A stretch of DNA of 64,000 nucleotides from Botryllus schlosseri (Eukaryota), in the NCBI GenBank assembly GCA_051294905.1, contig CM119371.1, forward strand, positions 21,020,001-21,084,000, read 5' to 3'. Below are positions 50,077-63,236 of this stretch, one piece after another. The notes below the pieces were generated by a model. The model was not told where the DNA came from. It did no database searches and saw only the letters and a list, made by a program, of their open reading frames with translations. Position 1 is the first letter of the stretch. The number at the start of each line of letters is the position of its first letter. The position numbers and the translations under genes are program-made.

Positions 50077-53000
50077 CACTGTAAACGAAAATGGTGTGTT
50101 TCAAGGGTTTCCACCCGACCGGATGGTGTGAATCGAGTAAATTCTCCATTGTGGTACGAAATCTGTATTTCACACCCCAGCAAATGGTGTGAACGAGCCA
50201 AACACACCCACACTCAAATATCTGTTGATTTTTACACCCGTTCCTTTCCGTTTAGGGGTGAATATCCGGATTTCCACCCATTGTTGATTCCCATGCTAAC
50301 CAATAACCGTATACATTATCATAGATTTCATTAATTGAGTATACGACAGCTCGACTCCACCGTGATAAATATAGTAATTTTTGTCGTTTTCGAGTGTGCT
50401 ATTGTTATTACCCGGTTGGCCAAAGTTATTGATTGGTCACAGGAGCATTGTTCGGGGTTCTATACACGAATGGCTTGGGAAATAACACGCTGTTGCCGAT
50501 AGTTTCATAGTTTTATTCTGCTGACACACTTTTTCGTTAAAGTCAGAAAATGTGCCGAATTCTGTCGCTGTGACGTGATAATGCTGTAAGCATCCATGTT
50601 GAAGCTGTTAAATGGTAAATGTAAAAAAGTGACAGCAACAGCAGTGTAATAGCAACTGGAGCTTTAACTATATGACCAGAATGAAAATACCGATGTTCTT
50701 ACCATACTGATGAACAGCTCGGAGAAATCAAACAGATTATTCAATAAAATGAATAGTGACATATTTTCACCTAAAATCTAAGCATCATTATTTACCTGTC
50801 TGACACGGAGATAATATTATAGGCAAGTAGGTCGTATACGTTATGAACTATATCTGATCATCTTAGTTAAGCGAGCGAAACTATGTTACGGACTAGACCT
50901 AACCAACACAAGGTAGTCGCTCCGCTATGGTGATATGGAGTAATAGGATATAGAACCTTCGGAATATTTTTCTGTACAGGATTTAAGTTTCTGGAGTACA
51001 GGTATCACTGATCAGTGATCATTTATCGCGAGGTATAGTTTCTGAGTTTCTGAATAAATCATATGGCCGTTATTTTCAATTTATACTGAGTTTATAAGCT
51101 AATTAATTGGTTGTTTTATCATCTTTCCGCCGCGATGAAGGTAGCGGCCGAGATGTGACCTATTTAACAGGCTTAGGATCAGATACCGATCAAAAATGCA
51201 GACCGCATGATTCACATTTACCATGCTTACGATCAGATGCAGATTAAATAATGTCAACCGCAAGATTCATATTTAACTGGGGTACATCTAAACTAGGTTT
51301 CATCAGGTGAATTTATGTTTGTTCACACGTACAGTATGGTATCCTGCTGGTTTTTATTATCGATGAAGATAATTATTAAGTCAGTATCAGCATATGTTGT
51401 ATCACATAGCGCTAGCGAGAAACAAGTTTGCTGCATTCATGAAAATGAAAATATTAGTTTAATCAGACTAGGGAACACATATATACATCTAATTTGCTTC
51501 GCTAATCCGTGCGTATGATGTTTATATGTATAATTAGTGATAAGAACATAGGAAATTTCCACTGAGCTTCAATCGTCCGACATCCATCCGAGATCCGGGT
51601 CCGAATTATCAAGAGAATCGGCCTTCCAGTTGTGGTATTGTTCGGTCATAATACACTGATATTCAACCACCAATCATTTGGATCGTTGTCGTCCGCTGCT
51701 AAATCATCGCTCTAGTTGGGTGGGTCTTTCTAATGTCTATATTCGTCTTATTACTGTGGTTCGTCCGTTATGTAATTTTAGCTTGTATCCAAGTGCCCGA
51801 TTGCCCTAATTTCATTGATTTGAAGTGTAGTGAACTACCGGCACAGATCCAATGGATGATTTTGAGGTGAGGAGCGGTTGCAGTATCGTAAAGATCCTGT
51901 CTGATTCTGTTTATTTTTGGTGATTGTGATTACCGGTTCTGATTCTCATATTTCCGTATGAAGTGTCGTTGCATATAAAGTAATATGAGGAATTATACGT
52001 ATTCATACAACATCAAACTGGAAAGTAATAGTGTAGTCATTGTTATTTCCTATTATTGCATATAGCCACATGGAAGTCTGGTCTAATCATTATTGTAACT
52101 TCCATTTGCCGGTACTGTACTGTGTACTCCTCTCGATGTTATGTATATAATGGCATAATGCCATGATGTATCAGATTTCGGCTATGTATGACGATTAGAA
52201 AGCTTCACTGCTGCCTTCAATCTGCTCTCACCACATTAGAACCAAAATTTGAATGAGCTAGAAAGAAATGCCAGTTTGTTTACCATAGCTATGGCTAACA
52301 AAATGAATACTTTTGTTTAATACCGGTACCAATGGTTACCACGTACATAAGCAAATTTTATACTTCTGTTATTGGTCCTTTGCCTAAAAAAGTTTGGTAG
52401 CCGTGTTGTAGACATTCATAGGTCAACTTGCATGTGTAATTGACTTGTGAAAATATCAAGACATAATGTAGTAAAAGCTGCGGCTTCTTGGTATACTCCC
52501 ATATAATTTATTGCGATGGAAAAGATAAAAGAAAACATTATGCAGCAACAGCCAACAGAGGTAGAATAAGTACCGGTACCAGCAATTGAAAAGCTGTTCG
52601 ATTAATAATGAGATTTGAGCTAATATATTGACGCACAAGTAATTGAGGTTGTGATTAGGGCTGGTCAAAGTCAAGAAGGCCTAGACATACCCAAGTGATT
52701 TGAATCTGAATCTAGTATTTGGCTTCGATTAGAGTCGAGTATATGAGTATCGCTCATTATGACACCATACCAATATGAAAGATTTGCAAAATTCGAGTAT
52801 TGACCTAATATGCTACTACAAAGAATAATATAATGCCAGTAAGCAGTATATAGAGATAGCTTTGATGTCGGTAATTTTGTATCTTTTTTACCGTATGAAT
52901 ATTTCATTGCAGTTGTGACAGTGTTGTAGCAGTGGCGTAGCAGCCACTTGGCGGTTCTGGCTCCGCACAAGGGGCGGCAGGCTCCAAGGGGGCGGCAAAA

Positions 53001-53450
53001 TGAGGCTGCACAGTGTACACAACCGGCTAAAAGCAGGGTAGGCCTAAAAGCTAAAATTCAGTCAAACTGGTCTCAATCGAAAGCTAGTGTCTCGCTGATT
53101 CCGATTATGGTAACATGGCATGGAACCACTCCTAAATAGCTGTCAAGACCGGTTGTTCCTAATGTTGGAAGCGCCACAACACAAAGACCCATTGACCATG
53201 ATAATGGAAATTATATCGAGCGATTATTCGGAAAAATGCCGATTTTCAGACCAGGAATTTAATTATATTTCCGGAATCAGGGCAACGATAGCTTTGGATT
53301 AAGATCAGTATTGTTAAATTTGACCGCTCGGAGTGCCAGGGCAGTGTGTTGTAGGTAGGTTGATCACGACTTCACAGATGTATCATTTATACTTTGTACT
53401 ACGTGTTTCGTATGCTCTAAAGCAGAGGTCTCAAACACGCGGCCCACAGA

Positions 53451-53522
53451 GACCCGGCCGAGAATCGAACCTACGACCTACCGATCAAGAAGCCGGACGC
53501 TTAACCATTACGCTATCTTGTC
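53451..53522 (-). mobile_element. tRNA-derived SINE head or tRNA pseudogene
   Basis: A box TAGCGTAATGG and B box GGTTCGATTC on minus; acceptor stem pairs poorly; abuts a hAT MITE end fragment (53423-53445). Confidence 0.7.
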
Positions 53523-53575
53523 GGCAGTAATGATGATTCATTTACATTTACAGATTTAAAACTTGAACTGATCAC

Positions 53576-55945
53576 ATGGTGTATGTAAGATGTCCTGTCC
53601 TGGAATGTCTTTTGTTATTTCCAAACAAAACTGAAATGTTTCATCATATCCGCAATCATCACAGAACTTGCACGCACTTCCAATGTGGCATTGGAAGTTG
53701 CACGTCAATATACCGTACATTCCAAAGCTATCGGGTTCATGCGATCCGGCGCCATGGTTTGAGAACAGGTGTTTCAGCTCGCCATGTTTCTCAACCCAAC
53801 ATCTCTACTATGATGGGGCTAGATGATGATGGAAGTCTGTGTCAACCTGATTCACAGCACGAGGCTGGAGTGAACTCCGGCATTCATCTGGAAGTCGAAT
53901 TTGGTATGATGTATATGTCTTTAAGAGAACAGCATTTTCTTCCGATCTCTACATGCAATAGCATCATGGACAATTTTGTTTATATGCTGGATGGCAACAT
54001 GATAGAATCACGAGGGAGGTGTGTCAAAGATACTTGGGATGCAATTCGGTCTGAATCTGGGTATCGCCAGTTTTGTATTGCCAGAGACATGGTTGAACCT
54101 ATATCAATGCCATTTTATGATTCCGTTAATGATGCAAGTTCTTCCAGCTATTGTTATATTCCAATAATTCCCACTTTAAAAAAGTATCTATCCCATTCTG
54201 ATGTTATGAATTCGATATCGAAGTCCACTGAACAAAGGTTTTTCGCTGGTGAACCTGTATTACACAATTTTTCAAGTGCAAGAGTGTTTAAGGAGTCAGA
54301 TTTTTTCAATTGTAACAATGAATGTTTGTGGCTAAACTTGTATACAGATGAATTAGAAGTATGTAACCCACTAGGTAGCTCCAGAACAAAGCACAAATTG
54401 ACATGCTTTTACTACACTGTTGGAAATATAGAATCAAAGTATCTTGCAAATTTGCGCAACATTCATGTTTTAGTTATTGCTAAGTCAACTGATATCCATC
54501 GCTTTGGTTATGGTGCCGCTCTTGGTGAAGCTTTGAAAGACATGGAAATACTAGAAACACTTGGGTTAAATGTTAGCTTCAATTCAACCAACAAACATTT
54601 CCGGGTTGGTATTGCTGCTGTTTGTGGAGACAACCTTAGCAGTCATTACTTGGGAGGCTTTCGAAAATGCTTCAGCAGTGGCCGAATTTGTAGGTTTTGT
54701 ATGTGTGTGTATAATGAATTAAGAGATGTCAGTAAATGTTCTGAAAACTCATTCGTTCTGAGATCAAAGGCAACTCATGGTGAGCATGTGTCAGCTGTCT
54801 TGAATGACCCTTCCCTTGAGAGTGCGTATGGTGTTAAACGCAAATGACCATTTAGCTCTCTTGAATCATTCTGTGTTATTGACAGATTTCCGTCAGATTT
54901 GATGCATGATATTTTCGAGTCAATCATTCCAGTCACTGTCGAGGTCATACTTGATGAACTATGCCGTCAGGGTCATCTGTCCAAAGCTCAATATCAACAA
55001 AAATTGACTAGTTTCCATTTTGGCAGAAACGATTCCCGCAATGTGCCTAAAAATGCTCGTCTTTCACTACGTTCATTAAGTGCAGCTGATAGCTGGTGTC
55101 TTTTCAGAAATTTGCCATTTATACTATTTGGTGTTGTCCCGGAAGAATTTTCTGAATGGAAGCTTTATACATGTCTGTCTCGCATCTGTGACTTGGTTTT
55201 TGCACCTGCTATTTCGCTTACTGGTATAGCGACTTTAGATGTGATTGTCAGTGAGTTCTATCAGTTGTTTTTGCAAATATCCCCCGAAAAGATCAAGCCC
55301 AAATTCCATTTTTTATTGCATTATCCAACTCAAATACGAAATCTCGGCCCCATGCGTCTTTACTGGTGCATGCGCTTCGAGTCCTATCACCAACGAGTTA
55401 AAAAAATTGCTCAGTCATCTCGCAATTTCAAAAATCTCCCCTATACTATTGGCAAACGAATCCAGCTTCGGAAATGTTGGGAACAACTGCCTGATCATGT
55501 GCTCTCTGATCCAGACCAGTGTGGTGGTATTGAAATCACCGATGTTACTCAAATATCCCCATACATCATCGAGGCATTCAATCGCCAGTTTCCACATCTA
55601 CAAATTGATGGAAATGCTGAATTTGTAAAATATTTATATACTGATTCTAAGCACTACAATATCGACGATGTACTGGTGCTTGCTGCTTCTCAAACAGGCA
55701 TTGCGTTTGGTCAGATTAGTGATCTTGTTTGCTACGACAGAAAGTGGTATGTGGTGACCCGAAAACTTGATGTGTTGAATTTTTGTAATAGCATGCACTG
55801 TTACTGTGTAGAGGTCTTGAATAGTTATACAGTGATTGTTGCTGGTACTGAAATCAATTCCCATCCACTAGATTTGTACTCTCTAGCGGGCAGCCATTAC
55901 ATTCGTTTGCATTACAGACTAATAGGAGACGGCCCTTCGTTATGA
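53576..55945 (+). pseudogene. CACTA/EnSpm (CMC) transposase, ~789 codons, with one in-frame TGA
   Basis: ORFs 53576-54847 and 54899-55945 are in the same frame; two N-terminal C2H2 fingers; LYTDE..NPLG, GDNL..H, CRFC, DLMHD, KPKFHFLLHY, GP...WCMRFESYH motifs. Confidence 0.88.
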
Positions 55946-56156
55946 TTCCAGTATCATTTCAGATGATAAAGAAACATTTCACTCCTACATGCATGGTCAA
56001 ACTTATTCTTGGTTCCTTTTTTGTTTTTGTATATTGTTTATGATTCGTCAATGTGATGTACAGTACATGTTGAAACACAGTATACATATATAGGGATACA
56101 TCAAACTATATTTATTTTAATTATATATGGATTGTTCTATTTTTGTTGGTAGAATA

Positions 56157-59100
56157 ATGTTTAGGTATCACGTGACATTCGGTAGAGAGAAGAAGATCGT
56201 ATCCGTTGATTGCAAGTTTTCCTTACCCATAATGCTGATGAACGAATTTCCAAGTGTTGGAGATTTCACAGTACAGTATTTCGACCAATACTTTGACGAT
56301 TGGGTGGATATTACTGATATGGCAAATCTGCCAGATTCATGTAAGCTTCAACTGGTATCTGAACGTAACAGAGACCTGCCTGCATCTACGACCACTGAGA
56401 CTTCAATTTCCGATCATTCAGTTCAAATTAATAATTTCACTGATGATTGTGATGGTAAGCTTGAGTGAACAAGTGGTCCATTTTAATATGACAATGTGAT
56501 CTTATTCATACTACAGGTGCAGATCAGTCTGATGAAAGTATTCACTCTCATCATGGCATTGAACTGGATGCTGCAATGGCAGCTGAATGTGAATTGCCAA
56601 CATTTCCAGTCCATGTCCGTCATCATTTGAATGACATTACGAAAAACAGAACCCGTACCCTCTCTCCGCATATCAGAAAAGAAATCGTCACAGTCTTGTT
56701 CAACAAGCTAAAAGAATACACTTTGTAAGTTCCCATCCTGGAATCCTGCTTCTTTTGTACTATATTAATTGTTTCAGATATCCGGGGTCACATGGATATG
56801 TCAATCTATGTAAAAAACTCGTAAATGCGTAACCTGTCCTAAGAGATGAAGATAACTATCGGGGAGAAACTTATGTAAGTGTGCTGATTTTAAAATAATG
56901 TTTAGTTTGTTATGTCTCGCTTACTGCCTTACTTCCCTGGTGTGGACTTTCCTCAGGTTTGCATTCATGTATATTTTGTGGAATGGACCAAACAATTTTC
57001 TGTTCGTTCTCTTGTAGAAAGCTTTGAAATTAATTATTTAATTGTAAAACAGCGATCTTGGCGATCATTCCTCCGCGATAGATTCAAAGATTTGAGAAGG
57101 CGTATCAAGGCATCATCAACACAACAAGTCATGCGAAATAAATATGGGCATTCAAAAAATAATAAAAGAAGATTGGAACCTGATAGATTGGAACATTGTA
57201 AGACACCAAGAGTATCACAGGTGAATTATGATTATACAAATATTATTATACAATATGATTATCAAGTTATTGTTTAACTCAGTATGACCCAAAGTTGGTT
57301 GAAAGTATGGAAGATGAATTCAGCATTGCAATGCATATTAAGACGATACAAATCGAAGCAAAAAAGACCAAACCGGCTTTCTCCGTGATTGAAGATAGAA
57401 TGATTAAAACATTCTTATACCGCAGACAAAAGATACTCGAAGGAAAAATGACTCAAGAAGTCATTAACGAATTTCCTGTTCTTACTGAAGCAAAATGGGT
57501 ATGTGATGTTCACGTTTATTTGATATAGAGAGCGATAGTTTTAGCAGCAGTGCTGGTTGTCCTATATGTTTTACCATCAGGTAAGCAGAAGCCCTACTGT
57601 GATCCAGAGATTGATAAATCGAGTCATGACTTGACTTTCTCGTATTACTTTTGAGTTGACTAGAGTCACTTTTCTAAAATGACTTGGCTTGACTCATCAT
57701 GGTTCTAACCATGTCACAAGGCTCTGAGTCACAAGTAAATCCCACTTTTGTAGTTTTGACTCGAGTCAAGTCGAGTCATTTTCAATTCAACGCCGAGTCT
57801 AGTGCGAGTTCAAGTCAGCGAGGTTGAGTCCGAGTCAAGGTATTCTGACTCCAGTTCGAATCCGAGTCCAAGCTATCGTTCTGACTGCTCAGGTTCCAGT
57901 TAAAGTATTGCTAAACCCACTTTTTATAATGCTATTTGGTTATATCGGTGGTTTGCATGTATGATATACTTTTATCAGTCTCTGGTCATATTTTCAAGTG
58001 CCGGTACCTATACACGAATTCCCAATAGTTTGATTACTTTATTATTCTCTGCAATTACAATGAAATATTGGTCTTGGCCAAATGACTTGGTTCGAGTCGT
58101 GCGCAATGACCCGAGTCAATACACAAGTCGACTTATTTGCTTATTTTAAGAAAATTACTTGAGTTATCAAGTTATCAGAAAATCGTGACACGATTCGGAA
58201 TCGAGTCATTACAACCCTGGATTGACTTGACTCGGCGCTTCAGAAGTGTGGATTGACTCGTAACCTGGAGCAAAATCTGTTGGTCAATTTCAAGTCATTA
58301 AGTGAACGGTGTCGATTAAATCACTCTATCTTATGTGGTTCCGGTTTGTTCGCAATACACCAGTGTCAGAATGAGAGCAACCAGTCATTCACTGATTTTA
58401 CGATTTACTGATCCTCCCATTGGTACATCACGAATAAATTGACCGCAAACGAAAAGATCACAGCATGTGTTGTCGTAGTAGTACCGGACCGCTAGTAGGT
58501 TAATCTAATAACAACGTTCCAACCCTACGATTTAAATCAAAGTAGTGTGTTGTACCATATCAATTTGTTTCAACTTCTCGAGGCTTCGTATTCGATCCTC
58601 ACTTTTAGCTATGATAACAAACTGTAGCATGTAGCTGAACAGCTACTCACATATTTTATTAGCAGTTCTACGTGTTTGTGAGCGATACAACACCTTTTCG
58701 CATGTTTATTCAACTTCATATTCGTTTTGATGCAAGATAAATGGCCAATTAATCTGTCTTTCACCCAGTTCGAAAAATGTAATGACTTTGCATCATCACT
58801 CGTACTTCGAAAATTCAATTTGACTTGAATCCTGACTTGACTTGACGCGATTCGAGTCTCATCTGAAAAACGATTGACTTGACTTGACTTTACTAGTCGA
58901 AATGTAAATGACTCATTACTCGAAGGTAGTGACTTGATTCCAGACCAAATCAAGGAGAAAGTGTTTTGACTGATTGCCTTGTTCGGACTAAAATGTGCGC
59001 AATTGCTAGAATCACTTTGATGGTGAAGTTGTGGTTAAGTTTATCTAGTACGACTTCAAGAGAGGTTGATCAGTAATAGCTACCGAGAAATTATTCAGCT

Positions 59101-59344
59101 ACTTTTCAAAAAAATCCAGACTAATCTCTTTACATGAACATTTCGATAATTACCAGAGTCACTAAATAGCCTATTTGAAATGGCATGAATTTTTCCTAGA
59201 TACTCACTGAGATGAAATTACTGCTGGGCATTGACATATTGGAAAAATTGCGTTCCTTCACGCAATCCAGCAATATGGACAAAGTTCAGCGACTGGTGAT
59301 CAGCAAGTGGCAAAATGTGCCTGATGAAATCAGACTTCTAGTAG
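56157..59344 (+). pseudogene. Spliced SAMD3-like second gene of EnSpm-B (partial, decayed)
   Basis: Exons with QYFDQYFDDWVD, LPTFP, YP...LCKKLV..PVLRD, SWRSFLRDRFKDLRR, MIKTFLYRRQKI...EFPVL, ILTEMKLL; GT-AG borders; at least one stop and one frameshift. Confidence 0.72.
57698..58219 (-). mobile_element. GACTCGAGTC-family MITE, reverse orientation, intronic
   Basis: Reverse-complement homology to 32009-32541; ends TTACAACCCTG; TSD not resolved. Confidence 0.75.
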
Positions 59345-59520
59345 GTAAGGGATTTCTTAATTAATCACATGCATGAGCTCTTTATCACCAACTTGATTTT
59401 TACAATCTAATTTCAGTGGTTTTATGGCTACGACCTTGAACTGACAGAATAATATGTATGTTGGTGATCTCTGAATATACAATAAATAGCAGGTCATGGT
59501 GATTAATTCATGCTGTAGCA

Positions 59521-59774
59521 CAGTGGTTTGGAACCTATGGCTCGCGAGCCATATATGGCTCTTTTGGGTATAAGATATGGCTCTTCGCCAAATATTTATT
59601 GTTGTACTGAACTGATCATTATTGCAGCGAGTAGTTGGTAAATTTTTATCAGGGCCAGAATAATTATTATTCTCGTGGCAGTAGAAACATGTCTTTGAGA
59701 CGTGAAGATAATGCCGCCCTCAGGTGTTGGGGCTCGGACCTCCTCTTTTCAAAATCATCAAATTTAATTTACTG
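59521..59774. mobile_element. Left end of a Charlie-like hAT
   Basis: CAGTGGTTTGGAACCTATGGCTCGCGAGCC...TGGCTCTT, a typical Charlie terminus; other end not found. Confidence 0.55.
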
Positions 59775-60565
59775 CAGGGTTGTAATGACTCTAGTCATGA
59801 CTCGACTTGAGTCGCGATTTTCTGCTAAAATTTAGAGAAAATGACTCGAGTCAAGTTGAGTCATCAGAAAATCGTGGCTCGAGTGGAAATGACTCGACTC
59901 GAGTCATTCTGTGTATTGACTCAACTTGGACTCGAGTCATTGCGCATGACTCGAGACTCAGACGGCTAAGACCGACATTTCCTTGTAATTTCGAAGAGAA
60001 GTAAATTAACCACACTCTTGGGATTTCGTCTATCGGTACTGGTACTTGAAAATGTGACCAGAAACTGCTAAAAGTGAAGAAAATTAGTAGGCCTGTATTA
60101 TAAATGCGAACCATTCGATATTACCAAACAGAGCTTTGAAAAGTGGGTTTAACAAGACTAACTGGAAACTGAGCAGTCGACACAATGACTTGGACTCGAG
60201 TCATAATACAATGACTCGGACTCGACCCTCTGATCCCTGACTTGGACTCGGACTTGACTCGGGGGTTGTTTGTTTGTTTGTTTGTTTTGGGGTATTCATG
60301 GTGTTTGTCGACTACTATGGTCATTTACACCAGGCCGATATTCTTCTTATTTTCCGTAACTGCCGACTTATAGCACGGCCCACCTCTAGGCTTTTGTAAG
60401 ACACCGCTGACACGGATGAGGTGGCGAGGAGGAGCCTAGGTAAACCCCCAACACTTAGGTATCGACTCGGGGGTGAATTGAAACTTAGTCGACTTGACTA
60501 GAGTCAAAACTATAAAAGTGAGATTTACTTGTGACTCGGAGCGATGTGACTAGCTTACAACCCTG
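59775..60565. mobile_element. hAT MITE (GACTCGAGTC family) containing a retroposon
   Basis: TIR CAGGGTTGTAA / TTACAACCCTG; perfect TSD ATTTACTG. Confidence 0.9.
60267..60463 (-). mobile_element. 5'-truncated SINE/LINE 3' end with (CAAA)n tail
   Basis: 11-bp TSD GACTCGGGGGT (60256-60266, 60464-60474); (TTTG)n at the left end. Confidence 0.85.
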
Positions 60566-61849
60566 ATTTACTGTCACGCCGGCAGCCAACTTCACTCGCA
60601 AATTCTATGTACCCGACTCGAAATCTTGAATTGTGAAATACGTTGATTAATCAAAGAGCATAATGGCAGACATGTCTACTCCCATTTCAAAACGCAGTTT
60701 TCAAATACGCATTACCTTTCTGATCCATGGTGCAAATGAACTGTTGTGGATGTGACAATATTACAAACTCAAATTAACAACAACGTCATAACTATTCACA
60801 TTCTTAATTGCTAAGTATAGCTCTGTGTAGTACCGGTGATAAAATATAGGCGCAACGTTATGTTGCAGCCGAATACTTTGAGAATTGAAAATTCGATAAG
60901 TATTTAGATTTTTGAAATCAGTGTGACAGTCACATTCGATTATTATCAGCTATAATAAATTCTAAGCTACTTACGATAAATTGCGTTATCAATGGCGAGG
61001 CTTGGCCCGTCTGTGCGTTACCTCTCGTTTCGATCATTATTTTCGAACAATAAATACCAGTCTTTACAGGGAATTATGCAGTGAGCTCGAATTAGTGCTG
61101 CTATTTCGAGGATCAGTATACTATTTATATCGCCCGGTTTTCTGACTTTCCGACTCTTTACAGACCGGTAATTTAATACAAAATAAATTTTTATTTCTTC
61201 AATTTCTCAATATCCCATTCTTAAATGGACAACCTCAATGACTGACACTTCGATCAAATGTGACTGTTGGCCTATCTCATAGAATAACCAGAAATCATAA
61301 TAACCGAAGAGCATGGGTGTCATCTCACACTTCAGAAGCAGTATATAGGCTACTATATTACCTCACAGTCACAACAATTGCTCCCTAACTTACTTCTCTG
61401 GCCAAGCAATAATATGCCTATTCCCGGTGGCGCAACCAGGGGAAGTTTGGAAGGCATGCCACTGACCCTTAACATTATATTCCTGATATAGACGAAATGG
61501 CAAACGATACAGGCATGCAACATATTTGTTCTCAGCACCATGGTGTCTTTGCCCATCGGATTAGTGTACGGTTATAAGGTCATGATAGGTAAGACGCTCA
61601 ATTTTTCACTAATTGCTACATCATTTTTCAGCTAAAGAACGTGTCGGATGGCTCTTTGGAATGGTACGAATACTTCAGGGGACACAATTTATCATTTTTG
61701 AGGTATTTATGATCATTTTTTGGAATTCTGATGATGGACCATCAAAATTATTTGTGGAAGGAATTCCTTATTATAAGAGACACACAGGGCACGTTTAGCA
61801 GCAAAATACGTGTTTTTGCGTCAAATGTTACTTAATCAGATCCGGCAAC

Positions 61850-62334
61850 TAGGGCTTGGCAGAATGATTCAAGTAATCGAATCTGAAGCGAGTATTAATT
61901 TTAATGAAACGAGTCGAGCAGAAAAATATAATTTTTTCAAGTACTGAAATTGTACGCTATTCGTCACTGCATGTTGAGTTGATCTATCAGCAAACATTGT
62001 AATTTTGGTACCGTACAATTTTCCACTCTGGAAGCCTTGATACCTGAATTGGTCTATTTCAACATACGAAACATAGTACAAAATCTAGGTCGTATTGTAC
62101 ATAACACATTTCCGAAGTCGGTAATCGGTATGGTCGAAAAAATACCAAAGTATCTTAAATGTGATAGATAACGGGCATTATATCCTTTGTTGCGGCATGA
62201 ACGGTACATATTTGAAATTGCACATCTTACATGCTGTTATGGTGTAATGATCAGGGATTCTCGATTATTCGACTCGAAGCATAATACATGATTCAGATTC
62301 GAATCACCCATGTACTCGAATTTGGCCAGCCCTA
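61850..62334. mobile_element. hAT MITE, same family as 31020-31516
   Basis: Ends TAGGGCTTGGC / GGCCAGCCCTA; collinear homology; degenerate TSD. Confidence 0.8.
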
Positions 62335-63082
62335 GTGGCCACGGCCGAAACGCGCCATGCCGCTTCTTTCTCCAAAAGTGTCTGATCTGAATTGGCCATT
62401 CGCCCAAATTCATTCAACTTCTGCTATACCGCATGTCGCCTTTTGTCTGGCATATTTTGTCAGAATCATGTCTGGTGTGTTTTCTAGAAATACCCGTAAT
62501 ATCCATCTATCGTGAAGCTGCTGGGCTTTTCCCGTGTGAATTTTCAGATATTTCCAGCGTTTTACTTGATCAGTCTGATGCTGACCGCTTACCGCGCCCT
62601 GTGTGTACCGGAATTTTGGCTTGCAAATGTGGTGCTTCAAATAAACCCTGCTTGACTTGATTGACTCATCTGTGGAAGTTAGACTTTCTGCTAAACTTAC
62701 CAGAGTTGATTTTTCTCTATTCACGAGAAAAATTTTAAGGTGGTCATTGTAGGCTTACAATGCAATTTTATGCAAAAGTAGCGATTTCCACTGCATTAAC
62801 GAGCTGCGTCAAGTAGAAGTAGAGAAGAGAAGTTTTGAAAGCTACTCAAGTAGTTCGATGGATTCAATGATAATAATAGGTTTTTTGTCAAGACGTCACA
62901 GACTCAAGGGCGAGCTACTTCCTATTTCGCAGGATTCTTATTCGCAACTGGCCCACAATGACTACCTTCACTGTCAATTAATATGATTTGCAAAAATATA
63001 TTCCAGTGAACAATATGTTCATATTGCTAAATTTTTTCCACTCTAAACTTTTTGACTGACAACGATCGTCAGTGAATGCGAT

Positions 63083-63218
63083 TGTTGTGTCTTTATTCAC
63101 ATAACAAAATAAGCCACCAAACGGAAAACTATGAGCACTTATAAGCAACGTAAAGGCACCAATTAGTAGACATGGAAAATGATTATTAGACGTGATTGCA
63201 CCGACGTAATACACCACA
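63083..63218 (-). repeat. Gypsy 3' LTR (136 bp)
   Basis: Minus strand: PPT GGGGAGGAGA, then TGTGGTG...AATAAAGACACAACA. Confidence 0.75.
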
Positions 63219-63236
63219 TCTCCTCCCCAACTGATA

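Noticed and set aside
53451..53522. Functional tRNA gene
   Set aside because: Acceptor and T stems pair poorly, there is no T-run terminator, and it is fused to a MITE fragment.
54845..54847. In-frame TGA as selenocysteine or programmed readthrough
   Set aside because: I identified no SECIS, and the neighbouring gene also has lesions; a point mutation or base-call error is simpler.
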